Notes: generated from the letters alone by a model not told the origin. Shown: positions 18,796 to 31,954, counted from the first letter of the stretch. The stretch is 54,981 nt of DNA from an uncultured Micrococcales bacterium (GCA_903887175.1 CAISOV010000083.1:1-54981), one strand, 5' to 3'. Translations and numbers: made by a program.

Positions 18796-20592
18796 ATGGA
18801 TGAAATCCAAAACGAAACTCCGGCACCAAAGCGCCGTCGAGTTACTGCTTCAGCTGCTTCGGCTGCAAGCTCAGATTCAACTTCTTCACCAGCGGCAGAA
18901 TCAAACGCAAGTGACGCTCCAAAGCGTCGCACCCGTGCGGCTGCCCCTAAGGGTGAGGCTTCAGCTGCAACTGCAACTTCAACTGGCGCAGCTTCAACTG
19001 GCGCCAGCGAGTCTGCTGCTCCTAAGAGCGACTCTGGCGAAGGCGCAGCAACCACCCAGGCCGCCGGCGAAGGCCGTCGCGAAGGTGAAGGTGGCAACAA
19101 CCGCAACCGCAATCGTAACCGCAACCGCAATGGTGGCAACCGCAACTCAGGCGGCGGCGAGAATGGTGAAAACCAGAATTCAAGCGAAGGCTCTAACGGC
19201 AATTCCGAGGGTCAGTCAAACGGCGAGCGTCAAAACGACCGACAGAACGACCGCCAGAACAACGACAACCGCAACCGCAACTCTGACGGCGGCCGTGACC
19301 GTGATTTCGACGATGACCGTCGCGGTGGCAACCGCAATCGCAACCGCAATCGCAACCGCAACGACCGATTCCGCGACCGCAACGGCCGCAGCTCGGGTCA
19401 GCACGACCGCGACGAGATCGAGCCCGAGCTGACTGCCGATGACGTAGTTCTGCCGGTAGCGGGCATTCTCGATGTTCTTGAAAACTATGCCTTCATTCGC
19501 ACCAGTGGCTATTTGCCTGGCCCGAACGACGTTTATGTTTCACTTGGTCAGGTTAAGAAATACAACCTGCGCAAGGGTGACGCTGTAATCGGTGCAATTC
19601 GTGCCCCTCGCGAAGGCGACAACCAGGGTCGTCAAAAGTTCAACGCCCTCGTGCGTGTTGACTCAGTCAACGGTTTGACACTTGAGCAGGCCGGCACTCG
19701 CGTTGAGTTCGGCAAGCTAACCCCGCTTTACCCACAGACCCGTTTGCGCCTCGAGACTGAGCCAAACAAGCTAGCTACCCGAATCATCGACCTGGTCGCC
19801 CCAATCGGCAAAGGCCAGCGCGGTCTGATCGTCTCGCCTCCTAAGGCGGGCAAGACTTTGGTTCTTCAGGCAATCGCCAACTCGATCGCTGTGAATAATC
19901 CAGAAGTTCACCTAATGGTGGTTTTGGTTGACGAGCGCCCAGAAGAAGTTACTGACATGCAGCGCACCGTCAAGGGTGAAGTCATTGCTTCAACTTTCGA
20001 CCGCCCTGCCGAAGACCACACCACAGTTGCTGAGCTTGCTATTGAGCGCGCTAAGCGTCTTGTTGAGCTCGGTCACGACGTTGTTGTGCTTCTTGACTCA
20101 ATCACTCGTTTGGGCCGTGCCTACAACTTGAGCGCACCAGCTTCTGGCCGCATTCTTTCGGGTGGTGTTGATTCGTCAGCTCTCTACCCACCAAAGCGTT
20201 TCTTCGGTGCTGCACGCAACATCGAAGATGGCGGCTCACTCACCATTTTGGCCACCGCGCTCGTTGAGACCGGTTCGAAGATGGATGAAGTTATCTTCGA
20301 AGAGTTCAAGGGAACCGGAAACATGGAGCTTCGTCTGTCGCGCAACCTTGCCGACAAGCGAATCTTCCCTGCGGTAGACGTAAACGCTTCGGGCACCCGC
20401 CGAGAAGAAATGCTCATGGGCGCCGACGAAACCAAGATCATCTGGAAGCTTCGCCGTGCACTTGCCGGCCTTGAGCAGCAGCAGGCGCTGGAACTTGTTT
20501 TGGCTCGTCTAAAAGAGACCAAGAGCAACGTTGAGTTCTTGATGCAGGTTCAAAAGTCAATGCCAGTGCCTAACGGCTCAGACGGCGAGTAA
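18796..20592 (+). CDS. rho: Transcription termination factor Rho with a long low-complexity N-terminal region
   Basis: [49 protein letters not shown]. Confidence 0.98.
   Translation: MDEIQNETPAPKRRRVTASAASAASSDSTSSPAAESNASDAPKRRTRAAAPKGEASAATATSTGAASTGASESAAPKSDSGEGAATTQAAGEGRREGEGGNNRNRNRNRNRNGGNRNSGGGENGENQNSSEGSNGNSEGQSNGERQNDRQNDRQNNDNRNRNSDGGRDRDFDDDRRGGNRNRNRNRNRNDRFRDRNGRSSGQHDRDEIEPELTADDVVLPVAGILDVLENYAFIRTSGYLPGPNDVYVSLGQVKKYNLRKGDAVIGAIRAPREGDNQGRQKFNALVRVDSVNGLTLEQAGTRVEFGKLTPLYPQTRLRLETEPNKLATRIIDLVAPIGKGQRGLIVSPPKAGKTLVLQAIANSIAVNNPEVHLMVVLVDERPEEVTDMQRTVKGEVIASTFDRPAEDHTTVAELAIERAKRLVELGHDVVVLLDSITRLGRAYNLSAPASGRILSGGVDSSALYPPKRFFGAARNIEDGGSLTILATALVETGSKMDEVIFEEFKGTGNMELRLSRNLADKRIFPAVDVNASGTRREEMLMGADETKIIWKLRRALAGLEQQQALELVLARLKETKSNVEFLMQVQKSMPVPNGSDGE
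19096..19385 (+). repeat. AACCGC/AATCGC (Asn-Arg) and QNDR coding repeats in the Rho N-terminus
   Basis: [36 protein letters not shown]. Confidence 0.85.
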
Positions 20593-20595
20593 TAA

Positions 20596-21675
20596 TTGCT
20601 CGACTCGGTTCAACCCCTTTTGGCAGAGCACCTGCAACTGCAGGCACAGCTCTCTGATTCGGCGATTCACACAAACCCGGCGCTGGCAAAAAAACTAAAC
20701 CGTCGCTATGCCGAGGTCAGCTCAATCGTTGCTGCTTATCACATGGTTCTTCAATACAACGAAGATCTTGCTGCAGCTAAAGAACTGGCTAAAGAAGACG
20801 AAATGTTTGCCGAAGAGATTCCTTCAATCGAAGAAAAACTTCAGACAGCAAACGAAAAGTTGCGCCGACTGTTGATTCCTCGCGACCCAGATGATGGCCG
20901 CGATGTCATCATGGAGATCAAGGCTGGCGAAGGCGGCGCTGAATCAGCGCTTTTCGCAGCTGATTTGCTTCGCATGTACATTCAATATGCCAACAGCAAG
21001 GGCTGGAAAACCGAGATTCTCGACAAAAACGAGTCTGACCTCGGTGGCTATAAAGACGTTCAGATTGCAATCAAATCAAACGCCACTGACCCGTCACAAG
21101 GCGTGTGGGCGCACTTGAAATATGAGGGTGGAGTGCACCGAGTTCAGCGCGTGCCCGTCACCGAAACTCAGGGTCGCATTCACACTTCGGCTGCCGGCGT
21201 GCTCGTGTTCCCTGAGGTTGACGCACCCGAAGAAGTCGAGATTTCGCAAAATGATATTCGTGTCGACGTGTTTCGCTCGTCGGGCCCTGGAGGCCAGTCA
21301 GTTAACACCACCGACTCGGCTGTTCGAATCACTCACTTGCCAACCGGCATCGTGGTTTCTATGCAAAACGAAAAATCGCAGCTACAAAACCGTGAAGCGG
21401 CGATGCGCGTCTTGCGTGCCCGAATTTTGGCTGCTGAGCAAGAAGCGCTTGAAGCTGAGCAAAGCGCCGCTCGCAAATCTCAAGTTCGCAGCGTTGACCG
21501 TTCAGAGCGCATTCGCACCTACAATTTTCCTGAAAACCGCATCGCTGACCACCGCACCGGTTATAAGTCTTATAACCTCGACCAGGTGATGGATGGCGCT
21601 CTCGAGCCGGTTGTGCAGTCAGCTATTCAAACCGACGAAGAAGCCCGACTAGCGGCTCTTAGCAACAAAGAATAG
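20596..21675 (+). CDS. prfA: Peptide chain release factor 1
   Basis: [12 protein letters not shown] (PxT), [15 protein letters not shown]. Confidence 0.97.
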   Translation: MLDSVQPLLAEHLQLQAQLSDSAIHTNPALAKKLNRRYAEVSSIVAAYHMVLQYNEDLAAAKELAKEDEMFAEEIPSIEEKLQTANEKLRRLLIPRDPDDGRDVIMEIKAGEGGAESALFAADLLRMYIQYANSKGWKTEILDKNESDLGGYKDVQIAIKSNATDPSQGVWAHLKYEGGVHRVQRVPVTETQGRIHTSAAGVLVFPEVDAPEEVEISQNDIRVDVFRSSGPGGQSVNTTDSAVRITHLPTGIVVSMQNEKSQLQNREAAMRVLRARILAAEQEALEAEQSAARKSQVRSVDRSERIRTYNFPENRIADHRTGYKSYNLDQVMDGALEPVVQSAIQTDEEARLAALSNKE

Positions 21676-21681
21676 GCAACA

Positions 21682-22536
21682 GTGCAACTCGACAGCCTTT
21701 TGCAAACTGCGACTGAGCGTTTCGAAACTGCGGGCATTGAACAAGCGGCAGCCGACGCACAACTTTTGCTTGCGCATGTCTTAGGTTGCAATCGGGGCGA
21801 ACTTTTAGCCAAAGTTTTCGTCGGCGAGCGCGCTGACGAACAAACCAGTGATTTATTCGAAACTTTAGTCTTGCGCCGTGAAGCTCGCGAACCGCTTCAG
21901 CACATCACCGGCAAAGCCTATTTTCGCAATCTTGAGCTCAAAGTGGGCAGGGGAGTCTTTGTGCCTCGGCCCGAAACTGAAATGGTCGCCGGTTTAGCAA
22001 TCGATGCACTGAGGGCAATCGCAAGCCCCAATCCGATAGCTGTCGATCTGGGCACTGGCAGTGGCGCCATTGCTTTGAGCTTGGCTACCGAGGTAACCCA
22101 CGCAACCGTTTGGGCGGTTGAAAAATCTGATCAGGCCATGCCTTTCACCCAAAGCAACTTTGACGCCTATGGGCTGGGTGCGCAGCTGATTCAAGGTGAT
22201 TTGTCTGATGCTTTTCAAGAGCTCAACGGCAAAGTTTCGGTTGTGGTGTCAAACCCGCCATACATTCCCAATCAGATGATTCCACGTGACATTGAGGTGC
22301 GACTCTTTGACCCTGAAATTGCGCTCTATGGTGGCGATGACGGCATGGATCTGATGCATTTGGTGAGTGCAACGGCTTTGCGTTTGTTGGTGCCAGGCGG
22401 AACCCTCGTGGTTGAGCACGCCGATAGCCAGTCGGCTCAGGTTTGTGATTTGCTTCAGAACGATTCGTGGCGCCAAGTGCGCGCCCACAAAGACCTGACT
22501 GGCCGCGATCGAGCCGTCACCGCGATTCGAGCCTGA
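21682..22536 (+). CDS. prmC: Release factor glutamine methyltransferase
   Basis: REPLQHITG, VFVPRPETE, DLGTGSG, NPPY. Confidence 0.96.
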   Translation: MQLDSLLQTATERFETAGIEQAAADAQLLLAHVLGCNRGELLAKVFVGERADEQTSDLFETLVLRREAREPLQHITGKAYFRNLELKVGRGVFVPRPETEMVAGLAIDALRAIASPNPIAVDLGTGSGAIALSLATEVTHATVWAVEKSDQAMPFTQSNFDAYGLGAQLIQGDLSDAFQELNGKVSVVVSNPPYIPNQMIPRDIEVRLFDPEIALYGGDDGMDLMHLVSATALRLLVPGGTLVVEHADSQSAQVCDLLQNDSWRQVRAHKDLTGRDRAVTAIRA

Positions 22537-22620
22537 CTAGGCAATCGCCGCTAAAAAAGTAAACTTAGCGTGCACCAGTTTTTGCTCGTGCCAAGATTGT
22601 CGTTCGAAAGCGAGGTGGGT

Positions 22621-23325
22621 GTGGCCAATCTTTTTGACTGCGCGGTTGACACCGACCTACTCACCGGCATGCGCCTTGCCAAAATTGCCGTTGCACGCTC
22701 GCAACTGGTGGTTATGCCAACAGATACTGTCTATGGTTTGGCAGCTGACGCGTTTTCGCCTCTGGCAGTGAAAGCTTTGCTTGCGGCAAAAGGTCGTGGC
22801 CCGCAGTCGCCGCCGCCGGTTTTAATTGCCGACCAAGCTGCGCTTAGCGCTTTGGCCACCGACATTCACCCAATAGCTTTTGAGCTCGCTGACGCGTTTT
22901 GGCCTGGTGCGCTAACCATGATTCTTAAGGCTCAGCCCTCACTGGCGTGGGATCTCGGTGAGACTCGTGGCACAGTAGCCCTGCGAATTCCAGATCATAA
23001 AATTGCATTAGCTTTGCTTGCCGAAACCGGGCCATTAGCTGTTTCGAGTGCAAACCTAACCGGCCAGCCCGCAGCCACCACAGCAGCAGCAGCCCAAGGC
23101 TATTTGGGCAAATCGGTTGAAGTTTATCTTGATGCTGGCGTGAGCCCAAAGGGCGAATCTTCGACCATTCTCGACCTCACTGGCCTGTCAGGCAACGCTA
23201 ATGGCAAAATTCGCGTGGTTCGAGCTGGGGCACTCTCAATCGAAAAGATTCGCCGAGTTGCCGGCCAACTTCTCGAAGAATCTGGTTCAAGCGACCAGCA
23301 AACTCAACAAGAGGGCGATAACTAG
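22621..23325 (+). CDS. tsaC: L-threonylcarbamoyladenylate synthase (TsaC/Sua5/YrdC family)
   Basis: PTDTVYGL, AKGR, FWPGALT, LAVSSANLTG, SSTILD; GAGG RBS favours GTG 22621 over 22570. Confidence 0.92.
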   Translation: MANLFDCAVDTDLLTGMRLAKIAVARSQLVVMPTDTVYGLAADAFSPLAVKALLAAKGRGPQSPPPVLIADQAALSALATDIHPIAFELADAFWPGALTMILKAQPSLAWDLGETRGTVALRIPDHKIALALLAETGPLAVSSANLTGQPAATTAAAAQGYLGKSVEVYLDAGVSPKGESSTILDLTGLSGNANGKIRVVRAGALSIEKIRRVAGQLLEESGSSDQQTQQEGDN

Positions 23326-24470
23326 TGCGCGCCTATTTTTTAATCGCTTTGATTGCCACGGTCACAACTTTTGCCGCAACTTGGTTTGTTTTGCGAATGG
23401 CTCATCGATACAAGATTTATCCGGCAATTCGCGACCGTGACGCACACACTCGACCAACGCCTCGCTTGGGTGGCATCGCAATGCTCCTGGGTTTTGCTAC
23501 CGCTATGGGGGTTGCGGCGCTGGTGAGCAAGTTTCATTCGGTTTTTGTCGAACCCGGGCAGATTCTTGCAATCGTCGGTGCCGCCACGATGATTACAGCC
23601 ATTGGCTTTTTAGATGACCTTTATGACCTTGACTGGACGCTAAAACTTGCTGGGCAAGTTCTGGCAGCAGGCCTTTTGGCGTGGCAGGGAGTGCAAATCG
23701 TTTCGTTGCCAATTGGTGGGTTATCAATCGGCAGTTTTGGCATGTCACTGGTGACAACCGTGCTATTGACGGTTTTGGTAATGAACGCGGTCAACTTCAT
23801 TGACGGCCTTGATGGTTTAGTAGCCGGAGTCGTGCTGATTGGCACCTTGGTGTTCTTTGCCTACAGCTACCTTTTTGCCCAGCAAAACTCTCCGAATAAT
23901 TACTTCAACCTGGCTTCGCTGCTTTCAGCAGTAATCATCGGCGTTTGCCTAGGCTTCTTGCCCTTTAACTGGAGGCCGGCCAAGATTTTCATGGGTGACA
24001 GCGGTGCTCTTTTGCTTGGCCTTTTGATGTCGACCTCAGCTATCACCGTCACCGGTCAAGTTGACCCAACCGTGACAACACGAAGCACATTGGTGCCCGC
24101 GTTTATTCCGCTGATTTTGCCGCTCGCGATTTTGATCTTGCCGCTGCTCGACTTCACCCTTGCTGTGTTGCGTCGCCTGCGTGCCGGCAAATCGCCATTC
24201 ACCGCCGACCGCCAGCACATTCACCACAGGCTGCAAGACTTTGGCCACAGCCACCTCGGCTCGGTTTTGGTGTTTTATGCTTGGACTGCCTTGATTTCGG
24301 TGTCGTGTTTGCTTTTGTTCTTCATCGACCTTTGGGCAGTTGCTGTTATTGCGTTTGTGGGCTTAATCGGCACGCTGATGTTTACGGCCTGGCCGGTGCT
24401 GAAAGATTTTGGCATTTTTGCAAGGCTTGATAAATACATCACCAAATCAAAGGCGGGCTCAAATGGCTAA
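23325..24470 (+). CDS. wecA: MraY/WecA-family polyprenyl-phosphate GlcNAc-1-phosphate transferase
   Basis: PTPRLGG, GFLDD, NAVNFIDGLDGL, FMGDSG, HIHHRL; conserved position between tsaC and the atp genes. Confidence 0.88.
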   Translation: MRAYFLIALIATVTTFAATWFVLRMAHRYKIYPAIRDRDAHTRPTPRLGGIAMLLGFATAMGVAALVSKFHSVFVEPGQILAIVGAATMITAIGFLDDLYDLDWTLKLAGQVLAAGLLAWQGVQIVSLPIGGLSIGSFGMSLVTTVLLTVLVMNAVNFIDGLDGLVAGVVLIGTLVFFAYSYLFAQQNSPNNYFNLASLLSAVIIGVCLGFLPFNWRPAKIFMGDSGALLLGLLMSTSAITVTGQVDPTVTTRSTLVPAFIPLILPLAILILPLLDFTLAVLRRLRAGKSPFTADRQHIHHRLQDFGHSHLGSVLVFYAWTALISVSCLLLFFIDLWAVAVIAFVGLIGTLMFTAWPVLKDFGIFARLDKYITKSKAGSNG

Positions 24471-24876
24471 TTCAAACCCTTATCTGTCAAAGGTGTTTCG
24501 CCGCGCCTTGGTTCTGACCTCGATCAGTACTTTTGCAATCGCGGTGATTAGTGGGGTGATTGGGCTGTTTTTCTTTGGCATCGATGGCCTGTTGAGCGCC
24601 GGTATTGGTGCGGCAATGGCATTGGTGTTTAGTGCCCTGACCGTGCTGAGCATCTGGCTCGGCGGGCGCTACTCTTTGGGTGTTTTCTTTGGTGCTGTAA
24701 TGGGCGGCTGGTTGCTCAAGTTAGTGCTGTTTCTAGGTCTGACTTTTGCTTTGCGAAGTGCCCACTTTTTAGTGCGACCGCTGTTCTTTTTCTCGGTGGT
24801 TGCTGCGATTTTGGCATCTTTGGTGATCGATGCTTTCATCGCAACGAAGGCTCGCATTCCTGCCTTTGGTGAATAG
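24463..24876 (+). CDS. Four-TM membrane protein, AtpI-like
   Basis: Hydrophobic 137-aa ORF just upstream of atpB; GGWLLKLVLF motif. Confidence 0.65.
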   Translation: MANSNPYLSKVFRRALVLTSISTFAIAVISGVIGLFFFGIDGLLSAGIGAAMALVFSALTVLSIWLGGRYSLGVFFGAVMGGWLLKLVLFLGLTFALRSAHFLVRPLFFFSVVAAILASLVIDAFIATKARIPAFGE

Positions 24877-25031
24877 CTAAAAAACTTTAGTTTCGAGGGC
24901 AAAAAGCCTTATTTAAGCTGGTTGCTTACTGATAGACTTCTTGAAGTTGCGCTGAACCTTTTGAGTCGGTTGCAACCACCCCCAAATCGCCGCAAGGCTA
25001 ACACCAACTTGCCACGACACAGGAGCAAAAG

Positions 25032-25868
25032 CTGTTCACTCACGCACTGAATCTGCTGACCGAAACCCCCGCACCTAGCGGTGGCGGTTTCGAGGCTCCA
25101 ACGATTGCCGAATTTTTTCCGGCTCCAATCCTGTTTGAAGGCACCAACTTCGAAATCAACCGCATCATGCTGATTCGCTTGTTGATTACTGCACTAATTA
25201 TTTTGTTCTTCACACTTTGGGCTGCTCGTGCACAAAAAGCGACCAAAGCCGGTCAAATCGTGCCCAGCAAGTTTCAACTTATTGGCGAAATCGCATTGAA
25301 CTTTGTTCGCAAGAGCATTGCGCATGAGCAGCTTGGTGAGAAAGACGGCGACCGCTTTTTGCCACTGCTAACCACCATCTTCTTCATTGTTGTCGGCATG
25401 AACTTCACCGGAATCATTCCGCTGCTTAACATTGCAGGCACCTCAGTTATTGGCTTGCCACTAGTTCTTGCGCTGGTTGCTTATTTCACATTTATCTACG
25501 CTGGCGTTAAGAAGCACGGCGGCCACTTCTTCACCAGCGCTTTGTTCCCGGCCGGTGTTCCACCAGTGTTTTACATTCTGGTGACACCTATCGAGTTCTT
25601 GTCTACCTTTATTCTTCGACCGGTTACATTGGCTCTTCGTTTGATGATGAACATGATCGCCGGCCACTTGTTGCTAGTTCTCTGTTTCTCAGCAACATCA
25701 TTCTTCCTGTTTGAAAACCAGAGCCTAGTTGCCCTGTTTGGTGCGGGAACATTTGCGTTTGGCTTCGTCTTCACCCTGTTTGAAATCTTGGTCGCATTCT
25801 TGCAGGCCTACGTTTTTACTCTTCTGACAACTGTCTACATTCAGTTGGCATTGGCAGACGAGCACTAA
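25032..25868 (+). CDS. atpB: F0F1 ATP synthase subunit a (probable CTG start)
   Basis: RPVTLALRLMMNMIAGH, FLQAYVF. Frame is open upstream of ATG 25167 and encodes a plausible N-terminus (FEAPTIAEFFP). AGGAG at 25021-25025 is 6 nt before CTG 25032. Confidence 0.93.
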   Translation: MFTHALNLLTETPAPSGGGFEAPTIAEFFPAPILFEGTNFEINRIMLIRLLITALIILFFTLWAARAQKATKAGQIVPSKFQLIGEIALNFVRKSIAHEQLGEKDGDRFLPLLTTIFFIVVGMNFTGIIPLLNIAGTSVIGLPLVLALVAYFTFIYAGVKKHGGHFFTSALFPAGVPPVFYILVTPIEFLSTFILRPVTLALRLMMNMIAGHLLLVLCFSATSFFLFENQSLVALFGAGTFAFGFVFTLFEILVAFLQAYVFTLLTTVYIQLALADEH

Positions 25869-25898
25869 AAAATCGGAGCTAACAACCGTTAGTTCTAA

Positions 25899-26156
<258 letters not shown>

Positions 26157-26181
26157 TTCCAACTCCTAAAGAAAGCTCACC

Positions 26182-26733
26182 ATGCTAAGCACAATCCTTG
26201 TTGCTGCAGCGGCGCCAGAGAATCCTCTGCTGCCTAAACTGCCAGACATCCTGTGGTCATCGGTGGTTTTTGCTATTCTGCTGGTTTTCTTTTGGACCAA
26301 GGTTCTGCCTAATCTAAAGAAAAGCTTGGATGCCCGCACCGAAGCCATTGAAGGTCGCCTAGAGGCGGCCGAACAGGCTCAGGCTGAGGCAGCTGCTAAG
26401 ACCGCCAACATCGAAGTTGAGCAGGCATCGGCTCGCGCCGAAGCTGCCTCGATTCGTGAGGCTGCCCGCGCCGATGGCGCCTCGATTCTTGCAGAAATGA
26501 AAGAACAGGCCGCCACCGAAGCAGCACGTCTAGTTGCAACCGCAAAAGCTCAGATCGAAGCCGAGCGCCAAGCTGCGCTAGTTTCACTTCGTGCCGAGGT
26601 TGGCTCGCTAGCCATTGACCTCGCGTCAAACGTGGTCGGCACTAGCTTGCAGAACGACAAAGTCGCTGCTGGCGTAGTCGACCAGTTCTTGGCCGAGCTC
26701 GAAGCCGGCGAAGAGGCAGGCAAGAAAAACTAA
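26182..26733 (+). CDS. atpF: ATP synthase subunit b
   Basis: NPLLP, one TM segment, long coiled coil; operon position. Confidence 0.95.
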   Translation: MLSTILVAAAAPENPLLPKLPDILWSSVVFAILLVFFWTKVLPNLKKSLDARTEAIEGRLEAAEQAQAEAAAKTANIEVEQASARAEAASIREAARADGASILAEMKEQAATEAARLVATAKAQIEAERQAALVSLRAEVGSLAIDLASNVVGTSLQNDKVAAGVVDQFLAELEAGEEAGKKN

Positions 26734-27536
26734 TGGCAAGTTCAACCAGGCAAGCACTCTTCGCGGGCAAAGAGGCAATCAAGCCTCTTTTGGCCAGCGC
26801 AGATCTCAACTTTGCTGCCGAACTTTTCTCAATCGCTGAAGCGATTGCGAGTTCAGTTCAGCTTCGCAACATTCTCTCGGACCCTTCTGCCGAGAATGCT
26901 GCAAAGCAAGGCGCTCTAATTGCTGTGTTTGGCAAATCTGCCAGCAAAAGCGCTGTTGAGTTTGTGACCAGCCTGGTTTCACTTCGCTGGTCAACCGGCC
27001 GCGATCTTGTATCAGGAATCGAACAGCTCGCAGTTTATGCAGTTGCATCGATTGCCGCAGCTGACAACTCGATCTCAACCCTTGAAGCTGAGCTGTTCTC
27101 GGTGCGTCAGATCATCGACAGCGACCAAGAGCTGCAGTTTGCTTTGAGCTCAAAGACTGCGAGCGATGCGAGCAAGCTTGCTTTGGTTGAAACCTTGGTT
27201 GGCAAAAAAGTCAGCCAGGCAGCGAGTCTTTTGGTTCGCAACGCGGTGCTGATTGCCCGTCGCGAGCGCGTCTCTGTGGTTCTCGAACAGTTCGGCAAGC
27301 AGGTTTCGGCTGTGGCAGCTCGATTGGTGGCAACCGTAACCGTTGCCGCGCCACTAGATGCCAAGCAGCTCGAGCGTCTAGGCGCAGCCCTTGCCAACAA
27401 CTATGGGCAAGCTCTTCAGCTCAACATTGAAATCGACCCAACTCTTATCGGAGGCCTGCGTGTGCAGGTTGCCGATGAAATCATTGACGGCAGCCTAAGC
27501 AGTCGTCTTAACGAAGCAAGACTTCAGCTGGCCTAA
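26733..27536 (+). CDS. atpH: ATP synthase subunit delta (long actinobacterial form)
   Basis: C-terminal IDPTLIGGLRVQVADEIIDGS; operon position. Confidence 0.95.
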   Translation: MASSTRQALFAGKEAIKPLLASADLNFAAELFSIAEAIASSVQLRNILSDPSAENAAKQGALIAVFGKSASKSAVEFVTSLVSLRWSTGRDLVSGIEQLAVYAVASIAAADNSISTLEAELFSVRQIIDSDQELQFALSSKTASDASKLALVETLVGKKVSQAASLLVRNAVLIARRERVSVVLEQFGKQVSAVAARLVATVTVAAPLDAKQLERLGAALANNYGQALQLNIEIDPTLIGGLRVQVADEIIDGSLSSRLNEARLQLA

Positions 27537-27579
27537 AAGCCAACTGACAACCGGGAAAACCCAGAAGTAGAGGAACGAG

Positions 27580-29208
27580 ATGGCAGATCTACAAATCAGC
27601 CCGAACGAGATTCGCGACGCGCTTAAAGAGTTCGTTAAGTCTTATGAGCCTGCAAAGGCTTCGCGCGACGAGGTAGGCCACGTTATTGATGCTGGTGACG
27701 GCATTGCTCACGTTGAAGGCTTGCCAAGTGCTATGTCGAACGAGTTGCTTCGTTTTGCAGACGGCACTTTGGGTCTAGCTCTGAACCTTGACGAGCGCGA
27801 AATCGGTGTTGTTGTTCTAGGCAACTTCGAGGGCATCGTTGAGGGCATGGAGGTTCACCGCACCGGTGAAGTTCTGTCTGTTCCGGTTGGTGACAATTTC
27901 TTGGGCCGCGTCGTCGACCCACTAGGCAACCCAATCGATGGTTTAGGCGACATCAAGGCTGATGCACGCCGCGCGCTAGAGCTTCAGGCCCCTGGCGTTA
28001 TGGCCCGCAAGTCAGTACACGAACCACTTCAGACCGGCATCAAGGCTATCGACGCCATGATTCCAGTTGGCCGTGGCCAGCGTCAGCTAATCATTGGTGA
28101 CCGCCAGACTGGCAAGACCGCAATCGCGATTGACACAATCATCAACCAGAAAGCTAACTGGGCTTCAGGCGATGTCAACAAGCAGGTTCGCTGCATCTAT
28201 GTTGCTGTTGGTCAAAAAGGTTCAACCATTGCCGCTGTAAAGGGCGCTCTCGAAGCTGCGGGCGCAATGGAATACACCACAATCGTGGCTTCACCTGCGT
28301 CAGACCCAGCTGGTTTTAAGTACCTAGCCCCATACACCGGTTCTGCCATTGGTCAGCACTGGATGTACGGCGGCAAGCACGTACTAATCATTTTTGATGA
28401 CCTTTCTAAGCAGGCCGAGGCCTACCGCGCCGTGTCATTGCTTCTTCGTCGCCCACCAGGCCGCGAGGCATACCCTGGCGACGTCTTCTATCTACACAGC
28501 CGTTTGCTCGAGCGTTGCGCCAAGCTAAACGACGAGCTGGGTGCCGGTTCGATGACAGGCCTACCAATCATCGAGACCAAAGCCAACGACGTTTCTGCAT
28601 ACATTCCAACCAACGTGATCTCGATCACCGACGGCCAGATCTTCTTGCAGTCAGACCTATTCAACTCAAACCAGCGCCCAGCTATTGACGTTGGTATCTC
28701 GGTTTCACGTGTTGGTGGTGCAGCTCAGGTCAAGGGCATCAAGAAGGTTTCGGGAACCCTGAAGCTTGAACTTGCTCAGTACCGCTCACTCGAAGCCTTC
28801 GCAATGTTCGCATCAGACCTTGACGCAGCATCACGCCAGCAGCTTGCCCGCGGTGCTCGCTTGATGGAGCTTCTAAAGCAGCCACAGTACTCACCGTTCC
28901 CTGTCGAAGAGCAGACTGTTTCAATTTGGGCTGGCACCGGCGGCAAGCTCGACGAAGTTCCTGTTGAAGACGTGCTTCGATTTGAAGCTGGCCTGCTAGA
29001 CCACCTGCGTCGAAACACCAAGGTTCTTGATGTCATTCGCGAAACCAACCAGTTAGGTGACGACACCGTTGCCGAGCTTGAAAAGGCAGTGGTTGAGTTC
29101 AAGAAGGGTTTTCAGACCAAAGCTGGCGAAACCCTAGCCTCAGTGTCAGTGGCACCTCTAGCTGAAACCGAAGTCAACCAAGAGCAGATCGTTACTCAAA
29201 AGCGCTAA
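27580..29208 (+). CDS. atpA: ATP synthase subunit alpha
   Basis: [42 protein letters not shown]. Confidence 0.98.
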   Translation: MADLQISPNEIRDALKEFVKSYEPAKASRDEVGHVIDAGDGIAHVEGLPSAMSNELLRFADGTLGLALNLDEREIGVVVLGNFEGIVEGMEVHRTGEVLSVPVGDNFLGRVVDPLGNPIDGLGDIKADARRALELQAPGVMARKSVHEPLQTGIKAIDAMIPVGRGQRQLIIGDRQTGKTAIAIDTIINQKANWASGDVNKQVRCIYVAVGQKGSTIAAVKGALEAAGAMEYTTIVASPASDPAGFKYLAPYTGSAIGQHWMYGGKHVLIIFDDLSKQAEAYRAVSLLLRRPPGREAYPGDVFYLHSRLLERCAKLNDELGAGSMTGLPIIETKANDVSAYIPTNVISITDGQIFLQSDLFNSNQRPAIDVGISVSRVGGAAQVKGIKKVSGTLKLELAQYRSLEAFAMFASDLDAASRQQLARGARLMELLKQPQYSPFPVEEQTVSIWAGTGGKLDEVPVEDVLRFEAGLLDHLRRNTKVLDVIRETNQLGDDTVAELEKAVVEFKKGFQTKAGETLASVSVAPLAETEVNQEQIVTQKR

Positions 29209-29250
29209 TCGCGATTTTGACGGCATTCATTTTTAGAAACTAGGAGAGAC

Positions 29251-30159
29251 ATGGGAGCGCAACTTCGGGTCTATAGGCAGAAGATTAAGTCTGCCCAGAC
29301 GACCAAGAAGATCACTCGCGCTATGGAGTTGATCTCGGCCTCACGCATTTACAAAGCACAACAGCGTGTAGCAGCCGCAACTCCATACGACCGCGCTGTG
29401 ACCCGTGCCGTGTCAGCGGTTGCAACCTACTCGAACGTCAAGCACCCGTTGACCACTGAGCCTGAGCGCATCGACCGTGCAGCTGTTGTGATTTTCACTT
29501 CAGATCGCGGTCTCGCTGGTGCTTTCTCGTCGAGTGTTCTGAAAGAAGCTGACGCACTGACTTCGCTTCTTCGCTCACAGGGCAAAGAGGTAGTTTATTT
29601 TCTTGTCGGCCGCAAAGCAGTGAGCAACTTTGGCTTTCGTCGTCGCAAGTTTGAACAGCAGTGGATCGGCGGCACTGACCTGCCTCAGGTTGATACCGCA
29701 AAGGCTATCGCCGACGCAGTTCTTGCCTCGTTTAACACCGAGGCTTCAGAAGGCGGAGTGGACGAGATTCACTTGGTTTTCAACCGCTTCGTTTCGATGA
29801 TTGCTCAGGTTCCTGAGGTTATTCGACTGCTGCCTCTCGAGGTTGTTCCAGGCATGCAAACCCCCGCAGACGACGAAGTGTTTCCACTCTATGAGTTTGA
29901 ACCTGACGTCACCAAGGTTTTAGATGCCCTGTTGCCGGTCTATATCGAAAGCCGCATCTTCAACGCAATGCTTCAGTCAGCCGCTTCAGAGCACGCTGCT
30001 CGTCAAAAAGCCATGAAGTCAGCAACCGACAACGCTGACAAGCTGATCAAGAACTACACCCGTCTTAGCAACTCGGCTCGTCAAGCCGAAATTACCCAAC
30101 AGATTTCAGAAATCGTTGGCGGAGCTGACGCATTGTCAACCGCTGGCGACGAAGACTAA
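29251..30159 (+). CDS. atpG: ATP synthase subunit gamma
   Basis: [33 protein letters not shown]. Confidence 0.97.
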   Translation: MGAQLRVYRQKIKSAQTTKKITRAMELISASRIYKAQQRVAAATPYDRAVTRAVSAVATYSNVKHPLTTEPERIDRAAVVIFTSDRGLAGAFSSSVLKEADALTSLLRSQGKEVVYFLVGRKAVSNFGFRRRKFEQQWIGGTDLPQVDTAKAIADAVLASFNTEASEGGVDEIHLVFNRFVSMIAQVPEVIRLLPLEVVPGMQTPADDEVFPLYEFEPDVTKVLDALLPVYIESRIFNAMLQSAASEHAARQKAMKSATDNADKLIKNYTRLSNSARQAEITQQISEIVGGADALSTAGDED

Positions 30160-31619
<1,460 letters not shown>

Positions 31620-31620
<1 letters not shown>

Positions 31621-31886
31621 TGTCAGCTAACACTCTGCGCATCGAACTTGTAGCCGAAGACGCTGCCGTATGGTCTGGCGAAGCCAAAATGGTTATCGCA
31701 AAGACTGTCGAAGGCGAAATCGGTCTGCTGCCTGGTCACGAGCCAATGCTTGCGATTTTGGCTAGCGGCGAAGTTCGAATTACGTTGCCAACTGGTGAAA
31801 TCATCAAGGCTAACGCCGAAGACGGCTTTTTGTCTGTTGAGCACAACGTGGTGACCGTGGTCGCACGTCATGCAGCGTTGATCTAA
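31620..31886 (+). CDS. atpC: ATP synthase subunit epsilon (88 aa, beta-sandwich only)
   Basis: EGEIGLLPGHEP, GFLSV; last gene of the operon. Confidence 0.95.
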
Positions 31887-31898
31887 CAGCTTTAAATT

Positions 31899-31930
31899 AA
31901 AAACCCGCCGAGGCCACTCGGCGGGTTTTT
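31899..31930. terminator. Bidirectional intrinsic terminator (atp operon / PduO-type gene)
   Basis: AAAAACCCGCCGAG-GCCA-CTCGGCGGGTTTTT. Confidence 0.9.
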
Positions 31931-31954
31931 GCAATTCTGAAGCTGGGTCCTTAA

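Noticed and set aside
18800-19432. 210-aa alternative-frame ORF (TATA-rich) overlapping rho, plus antisense RL/VA-repeat ORFs
   Set aside because: The open frames follow from the low-complexity AACCGC repeats in rho; no SD or family similarity.
20592-20596. Missing rpmE between rho and prfA
   Set aside because: Direct rho-prfA adjacency is, to my knowledge, usual in this family, and there is no remnant sequence.
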